From NCBI GenBank assembly GCA_963796965.1, contig CAWCNS010000004.1, positions 288,001 to 352,000 of the forward strand: a stretch of DNA of 64,000 nucleotides, written 5' to 3'. How positions within the stretch are numbered: the first letter of the stretch is position 1; each line of letters opens with the position of its first letter. Below, one piece after another: positions 11,218 through 22,229 of this stretch. The position numbers and the translations under genes are program-made. Source of the stretch: Calditrichia bacterium. Its GTDB lineage: Bacteria > Calditrichota > Calditrichia > JAJRVZ01. The notes beneath the pieces were generated by a model that was not told the DNA's origin, did no database searches, and was given only the letters and a program-made list of their open reading frames with translations.

Positions 11218-13707
11218 ATGAAGTATTTTGAACGTTGTTTTGGAATTTATGTTTTCGTCATTCTTGGTTTAATATCTAATACTTTTACGTTTGCCAATAC
11301 AAAGCCTTATCATAATGTTGTGGACTATGGTGCCATTGCAGATGGAAAGACATTAAATACAAAAGCAATTCAAGAGGCAATAGATGCGTGTAATAAAAAC
11401 GGTGGCGGAACGGTTGGATTTCCTGCAGGGACCTATCATACGGGAACAATATTACTTAAAGATAATGTAGTACTAGATTTGAAGCCAGGCAGTAAAATTC
11501 TAGGCAGTAAAAATATAAAGGATTATCCTAAATATTTGCATGATAAAGGATCAAAAAGATACAGTGCCCTGATCCAGGGAGAAAACCAGAAAAACATTGG
11601 AATTAGGGGTTATGGTATTATTGATGGCCAGGGAGCAAGTTTTCAGGGAAAAAAAGCCAGGCCGCATTTATTAAATTTTATACGATGTACTGATGTAAGA
11701 GTTGAAGGAATAAAATTGCAGCATCCAGCCGCATGGACGCAACATTATTTTAAATGTGATGGTGTTATTCTCCGGGATCTGAGAGTATATGCCCATGGCG
11801 CGGAAAATAACGATATGGTCGATATCGACCAAAGCCGTAATGTGATTATTTCTGGATTAATTGGAGATTCGGATGATGATGGTATAACCCTGAAAAGTAT
11901 TGGCGAAGATCAGGTTGAAAATGTTGTGATTTCTGATTGTATCATTCGTACCCGCACCAATGGTATTAAAGCAGGAACCGAATCTTATGGAGGATTTCGG
12001 GAAATTACTATTTCCAATTGCTATATAGGACCTTCACTTACTACAGATGGTTTTTCAGGGAGAGATGAAGGTTTAGCTGGAATTGCATTAGAGAGTGTCG
12101 ATGGAGGGGTGCTTGAAAATGTTGTGATCTCAAATCTGGTAATCGAAGAAATGACAGCGCCGATATTTATTCGCTTAGGAAACAGATCAAGAAAATATCC
12201 GAATTTAGAGAGACAGTCTGTCGGTTCGATAAATAATATCAGTATCAGTAATATTATTGCCTCAAATGCCAGCAAAACGGGGTGTTCAATAGTTGGAGAG
12301 GTCGGCCATCCTGTTAAAAACATCTCTATTTCAAATGTTAAAATTAATTTTGTCGGAGGAGGTACATTCGCGGATGGGCTGGCTGTAAAGCCGGAGTTGG
12401 TTAATGAATACCCCGAAAGTGTACAATTGGGAATTTTACCCGCCTATGGATTTTTTGTTCGACATGCAGAGGGTTTAATGTTTAGAGATGTTGATCTAAC
12501 CTATAACGATGAAGAGCTGCGCCCAGCCATGGTTTTCAATGATGTGAAAAATTTGAAATTATTAAATTTCAATGGAGAAATTGATAAGGCTTCTTTGGGA
12601 CAATTGGTTTTACAAAACACGCAGAATGTTTTTATTAGCAATTGCTCTCCACCGCCATCACAAGCATTTTTGCGACTTGAACAAAAATGTAAGACGATAA
12701 ATGTTATTGCTAATAATTTTAGTGGAATCACAAAGCCTATATATATTGATCAGACAATTGACATAGATGAACTAAATGTTTCCTCAAATCTCACCGGAAA
12801 ATCAACCCTGTTTGAAATATTACAACCCAATATTGAGAGGGATAGTTTGGGGATGGTACGTATATATTATCCTGATAATGCTGACGTATATTATACAACC
12901 GATGGTACCCTTCCAGATAAATTTTCAAAAAAATATACAGGGCCATTTGAACAAATAAATCCGGTTATTATTAAGGCGAGGGCATTTGAGAATAATAATA
13001 AAAGTGGCGTCGCCATTACAGAGTTAAAAAGGCTTGAGGTAATCTCTCCCAGAATTTTCCCTGTTGATCAGTTTTTTAATGAAAAAATAGAGGTGGTGCT
13101 AACTTCTAAAACAAAAAATGCAGAAATTATTTACACGATCGATGGCACAACACCTGATCCGACCTCTTTAAAATATCAAGGACCAATCCTTATTCAGGAT
13201 AAATCAATTCTGCGATCAATTGCTGTTAAGGAGGGGCTTGTACCTAGCGATGAGTCGACATCACTATATGAACCAATTAAAAAGATGGAGGGTGTTCAGT
13301 ACAGGTATTATGAAGGACGGTGGACAGAACTCCCGGAATTTTTAAATCTAATTCCTAAAAGAGCCGGGATTGTAGAATTGTTCAATTTTGATAATCTGGA
13401 GCATACTGATCTCCATTTTGGTCTTGTAATGCATGGGTATTTATCTGTAAAAAATGAGGGAGACCATATATTTTTTACGGCCAGCAATGATGGGAGCAAA
13501 CTATTTATTGATAATATTGAAGTTGTTAATAATGACGGTGCACATGCCCTTATTGAAAAATCCGGAAAAGTATATTTAGATAAAGGAAATCATTTGATTG
13601 AGGTGAGATATTTTCAATCGGGTGGTGGAAAAGAGATAAAAGTATCCTGGGAAGGCCCAGGATTTAAAAAGAGAGAGATAACGTCAGAAGATTTATCTGG
13701 CAATTAG
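11218..13707 (+). CDS. GH28 family glycoside hydrolase with two chitobiase/FN3-associated domains and PA14
   Basis: NVVDYGAIADGKTLNTKAIQEAID; NNDMVD, SDDDGITLKS, NGIKAGTES; YYTTDGTLP and YTIDGTTP; C-terminal PA14. Confidence 0.85.
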   Translation: MKYFERCFGIYVFVILGLISNTFTFANTKPYHNVVDYGAIADGKTLNTKAIQEAIDACNKNGGGTVGFPAGTYHTGTILLKDNVVLDLKPGSKILGSKNIKDYPKYLHDKGSKRYSALIQGENQKNIGIRGYGIIDGQGASFQGKKARPHLLNFIRCTDVRVEGIKLQHPAAWTQHYFKCDGVILRDLRVYAHGAENNDMVDIDQSRNVIISGLIGDSDDDGITLKSIGEDQVENVVISDCIIRTRTNGIKAGTESYGGFREITISNCYIGPSLTTDGFSGRDEGLAGIALESVDGGVLENVVISNLVIEEMTAPIFIRLGNRSRKYPNLERQSVGSINNISISNIIASNASKTGCSIVGEVGHPVKNISISNVKINFVGGGTFADGLAVKPELVNEYPESVQLGILPAYGFFVRHAEGLMFRDVDLTYNDEELRPAMVFNDVKNLKLLNFNGEIDKASLGQLVLQNTQNVFISNCSPPPSQAFLRLEQKCKTINVIANNFSGITKPIYIDQTIDIDELNVSSNLTGKSTLFEILQPNIERDSLGMVRIYYPDNADVYYTTDGTLPDKFSKKYTGPFEQINPVIIKARAFENNNKSGVAITELKRLEVISPRIFPVDQFFNEKIEVVLTSKTKNAEIIYTIDGTTPDPTSLKYQGPILIQDKSILRSIAVKEGLVPSDESTSLYEPIKKMEGVQYRYYEGRWTELPEFLNLIPKRAGIVELFNFDNLEHTDLHFGLVMHGYLSVKNEGDHIFFTASNDGSKLFIDNIEVVNNDGAHALIEKSGKVYLDKGNHLIEVRYFQSGGGKEIKVSWEGPGFKKREITSEDLSGN

Positions 13708-13837
13708 AGCAAATAGATAGTTGAAAGGTATCTATCTGCATTTCTCACAACCACGCCAATTGTGTAGTACTTCAATATAATAGTAACAAATTTAATATTA
13801 ATAATTAGAACACCTTAGAGAGAGCTGGCAATCTAAT

Positions 13838-13991
13838 CCCCCCTTAAAAAAGGGGGGTAGGGGGTTGTATTTACGTAACCTATAGAGAGAATACATCCCC
13901 CTTAGTCCCCCTTTTCCAAGGGGGAAACAGGTCCTTGCCACACCAAGATTCGTGCAAATTAATCGATACTGCAACAGCCCCTTCCAGGGGG
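13838..13991. repeat. REP-like cluster of C-run/G-run hairpins
   Basis: ccccccttaaaaaagggggg (13838-13857); agggggttgtatt / aatacatccccct (13859-13902); tcccccttttccaaggggga (13906-13925); ccccttccaggggg (13978-13991). Confidence 0.75.
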
Positions 13992-14042
13992 AGCTAATAT
14001 GTTTAATTAAGAATTATATAAATCATTTAAAACCCTTATCTA

Positions 14043-15572
14043 ATGGAGAGATCTAAAATGGATGAGTCGACCCATGTTGACAGTGAGATGAGTCATGAAA
14101 ATAAGATGCTTTTTTGGGCATGCTTTGTCGCGATTGCAGTCACGGCATTTATTTTTATTATTCGAGGTCAGGTCATTAATGCCTGGGCGCAAGAATTCGC
14201 CTTAACAGAAACACAAAAGGGTGAAATTCTGGGTGTCGGATTGTGGCCATTTGCAATCTCGATTATTTTATTTAGTCTGGTGATTGATTTTATTGGTTAT
14301 GGAAAGGCAATGGTTTTTGCTTTCTGTTGCCATGTTGTTTCAGGAATTGTTCTTCTTATGGCTGATGGTTACTGGGGCTTGTATATTGGAACCTTACTTC
14401 AATCTCTTGCAAATGGAGCAGCCCAGGCCGTTGCCGATCCCGTGGTCGCTTCTATATTCAAAAAGGATAAAAGTAAATGGCTTAGTATTTTGCATGCCAG
14501 CTGGCCAGGTGGTATGGTTATCGGTGGGATGTTTGGTATCATGATCAGTGATTTTGACTGGAGATGGCGTATATCAATGCTTTTTATTCCAATGGCGATA
14601 TATGGTATTATGATGATTGGCCGTAAGTTCCCCGTCCACGAAAGAGTCCTTGCCGGTGTATCCTATAAAGAAATGTGAAAGGTAACCGGGGGATTGGGAT
14701 TTTTTGTTATTTCCATATTTGTATTCGGGGAGCTCGGTCGTATTATGATGTGGCCAAATTATGTTGCATTAATTTTAGCAACATGTATTGCTCTTTATTT
14801 AGGCTTTTATCTTAGATCTATTGGTAATCCCATATTTTTATTACTGCTGTTTATTATGATTCCGCTCGCAACAACGGAATTAGGAACCGACAGCTGGATT
14901 ACTTCATTAATGACCGATGAGATGAAAACCCTCTCTATCAATGCTGGTTGGGTGTTAATTTATACTTCTTTTATTATGACGATATTAAGATTTATGGCGG
15001 GACCACTTCTCCGATATTTTTCACCTCTGGGTTTGCTCGCTGCCTGCAGTTTCTTGGCGACTATTGGACTTATCACTTTAAGTAAATCAACAGGATTAAT
15101 GATATTTGTGGCGGCGACTCTTTATGGTGTGGGTAAAACCTATTTTTGGCCGATGATGCTGGGTGTTGTGGCCGAGCGGTTTCCAAAAGGGGGAGCTCTC
15201 GCTTTAAATACCATGAGTGCCGTGGGAATGCTCAGTGTTGGTATTTTAGGTACGGTGTTCTTGGGTAATATTCAGGATGCAGCAATTGAAAAACATTTAA
15301 AAAATGATAATCCCGTATTATCTTCAAAAATACTCATAGAAAAAACCAGTATTATGGGGAAATATGAGGCTATTGATCCCGATCTCCGGTCAAAGTTAGA
15401 TATGGACGAACAAAAGATTATTGGTGATATTGAGAAAAAAGCCAGTAAAAATGCATTAATGTCAGTGGCCGTGCTGCCAATAATTATGTTGATTTCATAT
15501 ATCTTTTTGATTTTCTATTTCAGGAGAAGAGGTGGCTATCGCGTTGTAGATCTAAAAGAAGCGCAGAGCTGA
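14043..15572 (+). CDS. MFS sugar transporter interrupted by one in-frame TGA (14676-14678)
   Basis: Both halves are hydrophobic and in the same frame; motifs DFIGYGK, LHASWPGG, ELGTDSWI, ERFPKGGAL. Confidence 0.8.
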
Positions 15573-15596
15573 ATTAATTAAATAAGGATTAGAATT

Positions 15597-16412
15597 ATGT
15601 ACGTGAATAAACAAAGTAAGATGTTACTTTTACTCATCACCATATTATTTTTTGGTTTAATAGGGTGCAAGTCTAAAGTGATTTCTGTACTCATCCTGAG
15701 TGGAAAAAATAACCATAATTGGGAGCAAACCACGCCCGCTATTCAAAGTATTTTGGAAGGAAGCGGCCGATTCAAAGTTACGGTTACCAATAACCCTGAG
15801 AATATTGATCCAAATACATTAAATCAATATGATGTCATACTCAGCAATTGGAATACGTGGCCTGATATAACAGGATATCGGTGGAAATCGGATTTGGAGA
15901 AGGCCTTCCTAAATTTTATTGCTGGGGGAAAAGGATTTGTAAATGTGCATGCCGGCAGTTCTGCACTCCAGGATTGGCCGGAATTTCAGCAGATTGCCGG
16001 AGGTACCTGGGAACTAGGTGTTACCGGACATGGTCCCATACATACTTTTAAAGTATCCATTGATGATAAAGATCATCCTGTCATGGGTGGATTAGAGGAA
16101 TTCTACATAAAAGATGAGCTTTGGCATCGCACAAAATTCCACGAGGATATACATGTAATCGGCAGCGCCTATTCATCATCTGAGAAAAAAGGAACAGATG
16201 AAAATGAACCAGTGGTGGTCACAACCAAATATGGGAAAGGACGTGGTCTTTATTTGGTACTGGGACATAATAAAGCGACCATGCAAAATAATGCATGGAA
16301 AACGCTGTTGTTAAGAGGAACTGAATGGGCAGCCACAGGGGATGTTTCTATTCAAGTTCAAGGACCCTGGCCGGCAACTGCCGATATTGCAGAAAGTCAA
16401 AGCCGTGATTAA
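15597..16412 (+). CDS. ThuA-like (trehalose utilisation) domain lipoprotein
   Basis: LIGC lipobox; LSGKNNHNW, GKGFVNVHAG, IKDELW, YGKGR..LGH. Confidence 0.8.
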   Translation: MYVNKQSKMLLLLITILFFGLIGCKSKVISVLILSGKNNHNWEQTTPAIQSILEGSGRFKVTVTNNPENIDPNTLNQYDVILSNWNTWPDITGYRWKSDLEKAFLNFIAGGKGFVNVHAGSSALQDWPEFQQIAGGTWELGVTGHGPIHTFKVSIDDKDHPVMGGLEEFYIKDELWHRTKFHEDIHVIGSAYSSSEKKGTDENEPVVVTTKYGKGRGLYLVLGHNKATMQNNAWKTLLLRGTEWAATGDVSIQVQGPWPATADIAESQSRD

Positions 16413-16447
16413 GCATTTCATAATTTTAGATGTTTGAGATAAAATCC

Positions 16448-16578
16448 ACCACGAAATTCACGAAATAAAAAACAAATAAAATTTAGAATTTAGAATTAAG
16501 AATTTATATCATTAAAACCTAGTAAAAATATTATTTATTCTTTCTTAATTCCAAAATCATCTTCGTGTACTTCGTAGT
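16448..16578. repeat. Intergenic inverted-repeat element (CACGAA units) with nested heptamer repeats
   Basis: accacgaaattcacgaaat (16448-16466) versus cttcgtgtacttcgtagt (16561-16578); inner atttaga-atttaga-attaaga (16481-16501) versus ttcttaattccaaaat (16542-16557). Confidence 0.65.
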
Positions 16579-16666
16579 AATAAATATGATTATACTTAAA
16601 AGAGGAATAAACCATTTTAAAAAGCTGAGTCCGCAAAGAACTCAAAAATAATCAGGGAGTTATTTC

Positions 16667-18106
16667 ATGAAAGCAAACCGAAGAGAATTTTTAAAAATTA
16701 CTGGCGCGGCTGGATTGGGTTTGGCCGGTGGAAGCATTCTGAATAGTTGCGCTCCAGAATCTATGAAAGAGAATAATCAAAATTTACCGAAGGCAATTGA
16801 AGAATACGAAAAGAGTTATAAACAACATTTCAACATGTCGGGTTTTGCCGCTGAAAAAATAAGTACCGTCCGGATTGGTATTATCGGTCTTGGGCAACGC
16901 GGTCCATCTCATATGCGAACGATGAGTCGCATTGATGGGGTTGAAATTAAAGCGCTATGTGATATTCGCCTGGAAAAAGCTGAATCTGCAAAGAAGTGGC
17001 TGGCGAATAGCGACCACAATCCGGAATTGTATGTTGGTGATGAAAATGAGTGGAAAAAACTCTGTGATCGCAAAGATATTGATCTTGTAATTGTTACAAC
17101 ACCCTGGTATATGCATACGGAGATGGCGGTTTATGCCATGGAGCAAGGAAAACATGTGGCCTCGGAAGTTCCTGCTTGCGGAACCATTGAAGAGTGCTGG
17201 CAGCTGGTTGAAACAGCCGAACGAACCCGTAAACATTGTATGATGATGGAAAACTACTCTTATATGTCTTTTCATCTGGTGATGCTAAACATGGCCAAAC
17301 AGGGATTTTTCGGGGAAGTTGTTCATGGGGATTGTGCTTACAATACAAGTAAAATGAGAAATAATTTCAATAAAAATTTATATTGGAATATGTGGTGGTT
17401 GCGGCAATATGGTTCAAGGAAAGGAAATATCTATCCGACACATGGATTGGGTCCGGTCGCACAAATGATGGATATCAACAGAGGAGATAAATTTGAGTTC
17501 CTTGTATCGGTAGACAGCAAAGATTTTATGATGGCTGCCAAAGCAAAAGAATTGGCAGAAACCGATGATTTCTTTAAAGAATTTGTGGGTAAAGATTATC
17601 GTGGCAATATGAGTAATACGATCATCAAAACCACCTATGGCCGGACTATAATGTTACAGCACGATGCCACATCTCCATCTCCCCACAATATGATTCATGG
17701 TGTATATGGAACAAAAGGTGCCGTTTTATACGATCCTCAACCGCCTAGAATCTCAACTGGTAACCATAAATGGGCCTCACCAGAGGAGTTCGAAAAGATT
17801 AAACAAAAATATACACCGGAAATTTTTCACAAATTGGAAGAATTATCGAAAAAAAGCGGTCATGGAGGATCTGATTTACGTATTGACTGGCATTTAATCG
17901 ACTGCCTTCACAATGGACTCCCCCTGGATCAGGATGTTTATGATGCTGCTGCCTGGAGTGCAATCTTACCATTAAGTGATTGGTCGGTGAGAAATAATTC
18001 TAACTCGATAAGGATACCCGATTTTACAGCAGGGGCATGGAAGACAAATAAAGCCAATATGGATATAAATTTAACGAGGGGCGGAAATACGAAAGTAATT
18101 TCTTGA
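16667..18106 (+). CDS. Tat-exported Gfo/Idh/MocA oxidoreductase, GH109 (alpha-N-acetylgalactosaminidase)-like
   Basis: NRREFLK Tat motif; GIIGLGQRG; ASEVPA; MENYSY; YPTHGLGP; GHGGSD; IPDFTAGAW. Confidence 0.85.
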   Translation: MKANRREFLKITGAAGLGLAGGSILNSCAPESMKENNQNLPKAIEEYEKSYKQHFNMSGFAAEKISTVRIGIIGLGQRGPSHMRTMSRIDGVEIKALCDIRLEKAESAKKWLANSDHNPELYVGDENEWKKLCDRKDIDLVIVTTPWYMHTEMAVYAMEQGKHVASEVPACGTIEECWQLVETAERTRKHCMMMENYSYMSFHLVMLNMAKQGFFGEVVHGDCAYNTSKMRNNFNKNLYWNMWWLRQYGSRKGNIYPTHGLGPVAQMMDINRGDKFEFLVSVDSKDFMMAAKAKELAETDDFFKEFVGKDYRGNMSNTIIKTTYGRTIMLQHDATSPSPHNMIHGVYGTKGAVLYDPQPPRISTGNHKWASPEEFEKIKQKYTPEIFHKLEELSKKSGHGGSDLRIDWHLIDCLHNGLPLDQDVYDAAAWSAILPLSDWSVRNNSNSIRIPDFTAGAWKTNKANMDINLTRGGNTKVIS

Positions 18107-18323
18107 ACAACGGTAAATTGTAATAAAATAACTATTGATAAACAAATTCCGGATCTTGGATAAAGACAATACTATTGGACCGGCTAAAATTAATATAATT
18201 TACGTCAAACAGCACAACGAAATAGAGATAAGATAATAATTTTATCTCAGTAGCGGTTCAATCCTGTGGTAAATACCAACATCTATAAATAGTAACATTA
18301 GTGTTAATAAACAGGGGATTCAA

Positions 18324-19695
18324 ATGAGCAAAGACTGGTGGAGAGAAAAATCTAATGGAGTACCGCATATAATTATGCCGCCTCCAGGTCCGAAATCGAT
18401 AGAAATGCATAACAATGCTACTAAATACATTCGTGGACTCTCTTCGCAAGTGAAGTTATTTCCTGTTAGTTTTGAAGAAGGCTTTGGTATTTCACTAACA
18501 GATGTCGATGGTAATCGGTATCTGGATTTTTCATCAGGCATCTATGTGACTTCCCTCGGACATAGCCATCCGAAGATATCCGGGGCTATCGCTAAATGGG
18601 CACATAAATTGATGAATTGTCATGATTTTACTACTCCGGTGAAAGAAAAATTGCTAGAAAAGATGGCAGAAGTACTTCCGGGTGATCTGAATGCGGTACA
18701 ATTCTATAGTGATGGAACTTCTGCCGTTGAAGCTGGAATTCGTGCCGCCAGAGCAATCGGCAATCATCAGGAGTTCATATCCTGTTATAGGGATTTTCAT
18801 GGTAAAAGTATGGCATCCGTAAGTTTGGCTCAAATGGTGAGAGGTGATGTTTACAGTTATGGCCCTACCCGTGCACCTGGTTTTTATATGGTACCGCGTC
18901 CGGATCCTTACCGCCCGCTATTTAAAAAAGAAGACGGAACCATTGATACCAATGCTTACATTCAATTCTATGAGAATTTTATCCGCGAAGGAACAGTCGG
19001 AAATATTGCTGCATTTGTATTGGAACCAGCCCAGGGCTGGGGCGGTTCTATTTTTCCACCAGAGTGATTTCTTCCCAAAACTGAGTAAATTTTGTAAACA
19101 AAAGAATATTCTGCTTTTTGCTGATGAAGTATTAACGGGCATGGGACGCACAGGAGAATGGCTCTGTATGGATCATTGGAATGTGGTACCTGACATCGTC
19201 ACTCTTGGGAAGTCATTTGGTAATGGTTTTCCAGTAACGGCAATGGTCGTTAAAGAGGAATATGCCCAGGCATTAGATAAGATTTCTGCCTCATCGAGTT
19301 ATGGTGGTAATCCAGTGGCTTGTGCTGCTGCGCTAGCCTCAATTGAAGTCATTGAGGAGGAACAAATTCTGGAAAATGTAAGAGTTGTAGGCGTTCACTT
19401 TATGAAACGGATGGAAAAGATGAAGGCGGAACATCCTATTATTGGAGATGTTAAGGGTAAAGGCTTTTTACTCGGTATGGAATTAGTAAAAGATAAAAAA
19501 ACAAAAGAACCGTTTGATGAAGCTGGTAAACTGGTGTATCAAAAAGCCTTTAGCAAGGGTTTAGCCTGGATTCCAGCTGGACATATTCTTCGGATGTCCC
19601 CACCCCTTATTATGGATGAAAAATATGCGGATCTGGGACTAGACATAATTGAAGAATCTGTTGCTGAAGTGGAAAAGGAGTTTGGTTACCATTAG
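18324..19695 (+). CDS. Class III PLP aminotransferase (GabT-like); frameshift near 19060
   Basis: DVDGNRYLDFSSG, LGHSHP, FHGKS, ADEVLTGMGRTG, PDIVTLGKSFGNG, SYGGNPVACAAA. Confidence 0.85.
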
Positions 19696-19712
19696 CCTAA
19701 TTTATAAGGAGC

Positions 19713-20867
19713 ATGATGAGTAAAAGAAAGTGTATTCAGTTTGGCATTATTGGCTGTGGATTAATGGGGCGTGAGTTTGCCGTTGCATCGGCACGCTGGC
19801 CGGCGTTAATAGATCAGGATGTGCGACCAGAAATAGTCGGGATTTGCGATTTAAATGAAAGTCTTTTTGAGTGGTATTTGGATAATTTCGATTCCATAAA
19901 GGTCGTTACAAGGGATTATCATGAATTGCTTTCTAACGATGAGATTGATTTTATCTATTGCGCAGTACCGCATAATTTACATGAAAGAATTTATAGTGAT
20001 ATTATCCGAGCAGGGAAACATCTTCTCGGAGAGAAACCTTTTGGAATTGATCTGGAAGCGAATAAGAATATCCTGGAAGTAATCGATAATAATCCGGATG
20101 TATTTGTACGTTGTTCATCTGAATTCCCATTTTATCCGGGTGCGCATCAAATTCATAAATTTATTGCAGATAATCCCTGGGGCACAATATTACATGTGGA
20201 TGTAAACTTTTTGCACTCTTCTGATATTAATTCCACCAAGCCTATAAATTGGAAGCGAATGATAAATATAAATGGAGAATACGGCTGCATGGGCGATCTT
20301 GGCATGCACCCCCTTCACATTCCCATCCGGGTCGGTTGGATCCCAAAAACTGTTTCTGCATCACTTTCTAATATTATTACCCAGCGACCAGATGGAAAAG
20401 GAGGAGCCGCAGCATGTGAAACCTGGGATAATGCAACTTTACAGTGTGTAGTTGAGCATCCGCAAGATAAATATGATTTCCCTATGACCGTTAAAACGTA
20501 TCGCATTGCTCCCGGTGAAACAAATACATGGTCAATTGAAATTCTCGGTACCAAATTCAGTACCCGTTTTAGTACAAAACATCCCAAAACATTGCATACA
20601 ATGACATATCAAAATGGTGGAAAGCAGGAATGGCGGAGCGAGGATTTAGGCTTTCATTCTGTTTACAAAACTATTACAGGAGAAATTTTTGAATTCGGTT
20701 TTACCGATGCTATTTTGCAAATGTGGGCGACTGCTCTTGACGAATTTTCAAATCCCGGAAAAGGTATGCCTTATGGATGCATTAGGCCATATGAAACTCT
20801 GATCCAGCACAAAGTACTAACGGCAGCTCTGGAATCACATAAAAAGCAACAGATCATTGCGTTGTGA
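19713..20867 (+). CDS. Gfo/Idh/MocA family oxidoreductase
   Basis: GIIGCGLMG, GEKP, GCMGDLGMH. Confidence 0.85.
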   Translation: MMSKRKCIQFGIIGCGLMGREFAVASARWPALIDQDVRPEIVGICDLNESLFEWYLDNFDSIKVVTRDYHELLSNDEIDFIYCAVPHNLHERIYSDIIRAGKHLLGEKPFGIDLEANKNILEVIDNNPDVFVRCSSEFPFYPGAHQIHKFIADNPWGTILHVDVNFLHSSDINSTKPINWKRMININGEYGCMGDLGMHPLHIPIRVGWIPKTVSASLSNIITQRPDGKGGAAACETWDNATLQCVVEHPQDKYDFPMTVKTYRIAPGETNTWSIEILGTKFSTRFSTKHPKTLHTMTYQNGGKQEWRSEDLGFHSVYKTITGEIFEFGFTDAILQMWATALDEFSNPGKGMPYGCIRPYETLIQHKVLTAALESHKKQQIIAL

Positions 20868-20917
20868 AAACTCATGAAAAAAGAAACGACAATGCATAGC
20901 CAGGAATTCACGAGAGA

Positions 20918-22213
20918 ATGAAAAAATTTGGATTGAATGAAAAAAATTACCTTGTAGTGGATATTGGCACCAGCGATATAAAGTGTGGATGTATTAATTC
21001 CAATTATGACATCTTAGCACAGTATCATCGGAAATTTCCGATGGTGCAAAACCAGCGCAGCTTTGAAATTGATTTTAATTTATTTTTTGACACAACCACC
21101 GATCTACTAATGGAGTGTTTGACAGATCGGGTTGTTGAGCGTTCAACAGTTGAGGCCTTGTTAATTACCAGTCAGGCACAAACATTTGCTCCTGTGAACG
21201 CCGATTTTATCCCGATTTATAAGGGTATTGTTTGGCTGGATGAGCGTGCCGAAAAAGAAGCAGCTTATCTGAAGGAACGTCTTTCTGATTTCGCTCAATC
21301 AGCGGGTTTTAATCATCCTTTACCCAGTCTATATATATCAAAACTGTTATGGTTAAAAAATAATGAACCGGCTATTTTCAAAAAGGCCACAGCCTTTCCC
21401 TTGATCAACGAATTCCTGGCCTTCAGACTAACCGGTGAATTCTATTCCGATAACACTAATTTTGGGATGGGCGGGATGTATGATTTCCGCTACGATACAC
21501 TAAATAAAAAGGTTTTGCAAATTCTTGGTCTGAGGGAAGAATATTTCCCGAAGATAGACAAAGCGGTCATGAGGGGTGAATTGATATCGCAATCTATTCA
21601 GAAAGAATGGAAATTAGACTATCGGTTTCCCGTATTTCTCTGTGGCAATGACCAGGGAGCTTCTGCAAGCGGCGAAGGGCTTGATCAGCCGGGTAGTGTG
21701 AATATAAACTTTGGCACGGCCATGGTTTTCTATACTCTTACGGATTCCTTAACCACGGATCTGACGGAAGACCAAATCGCGGGCAAGCATCCTGTAGGTG
21801 ATGATTATTTCCTGCTTAATTTTGAAAGTGACTTTGGTGTGCAAGTTCGTCAACTCAAAGATAAATTTTTTAAACAAGGCACATATGATCAGTTCTTCCA
21901 AACCTATCTCGAATTCCCTGACGTAGATGAACAGATACCTCTTTCAGAAGAGAGTGATCTAAGTTTTGTTTCAGAATCGGATTCATATCGATTTTGTGCG
22001 GGAATTATAAAATATTATCTAAACCGTTTTCAATTTCATATTACCCAAATTCGTAAGTCAGTTTATATAAAAAATGTTACACTGTCCGGAGGTCTGATGC
22101 TCTCAAAAGTTTGGGTTGATATATTGCAGAGTACTATAGATCATCCAATCACCATAAATAATCGCGCTAATGCAGGATTGATTGGTGCTTTACATATTTA
22201 TAAGAATAATTAA
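20918..22213 (+). CDS. FGGY family carbohydrate kinase
   Basis: VDIGTSDIK, IVWLDERA, SKLLWLK, GNDQGAS, NFGTA. Confidence 0.85.
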   Translation: MKKFGLNEKNYLVVDIGTSDIKCGCINSNYDILAQYHRKFPMVQNQRSFEIDFNLFFDTTTDLLMECLTDRVVERSTVEALLITSQAQTFAPVNADFIPIYKGIVWLDERAEKEAAYLKERLSDFAQSAGFNHPLPSLYISKLLWLKNNEPAIFKKATAFPLINEFLAFRLTGEFYSDNTNFGMGGMYDFRYDTLNKKVLQILGLREEYFPKIDKAVMRGELISQSIQKEWKLDYRFPVFLCGNDQGASASGEGLDQPGSVNINFGTAMVFYTLTDSLTTDLTEDQIAGKHPVGDDYFLLNFESDFGVQVRQLKDKFFKQGTYDQFFQTYLEFPDVDEQIPLSEESDLSFVSESDSYRFCAGIIKYYLNRFQFHITQIRKSVYIKNVTLSGGLMLSKVWVDILQSTIDHPITINNRANAGLIGALHIYKNN

Positions 22214-22229
22214 TTGAGGAAAATCTGCT

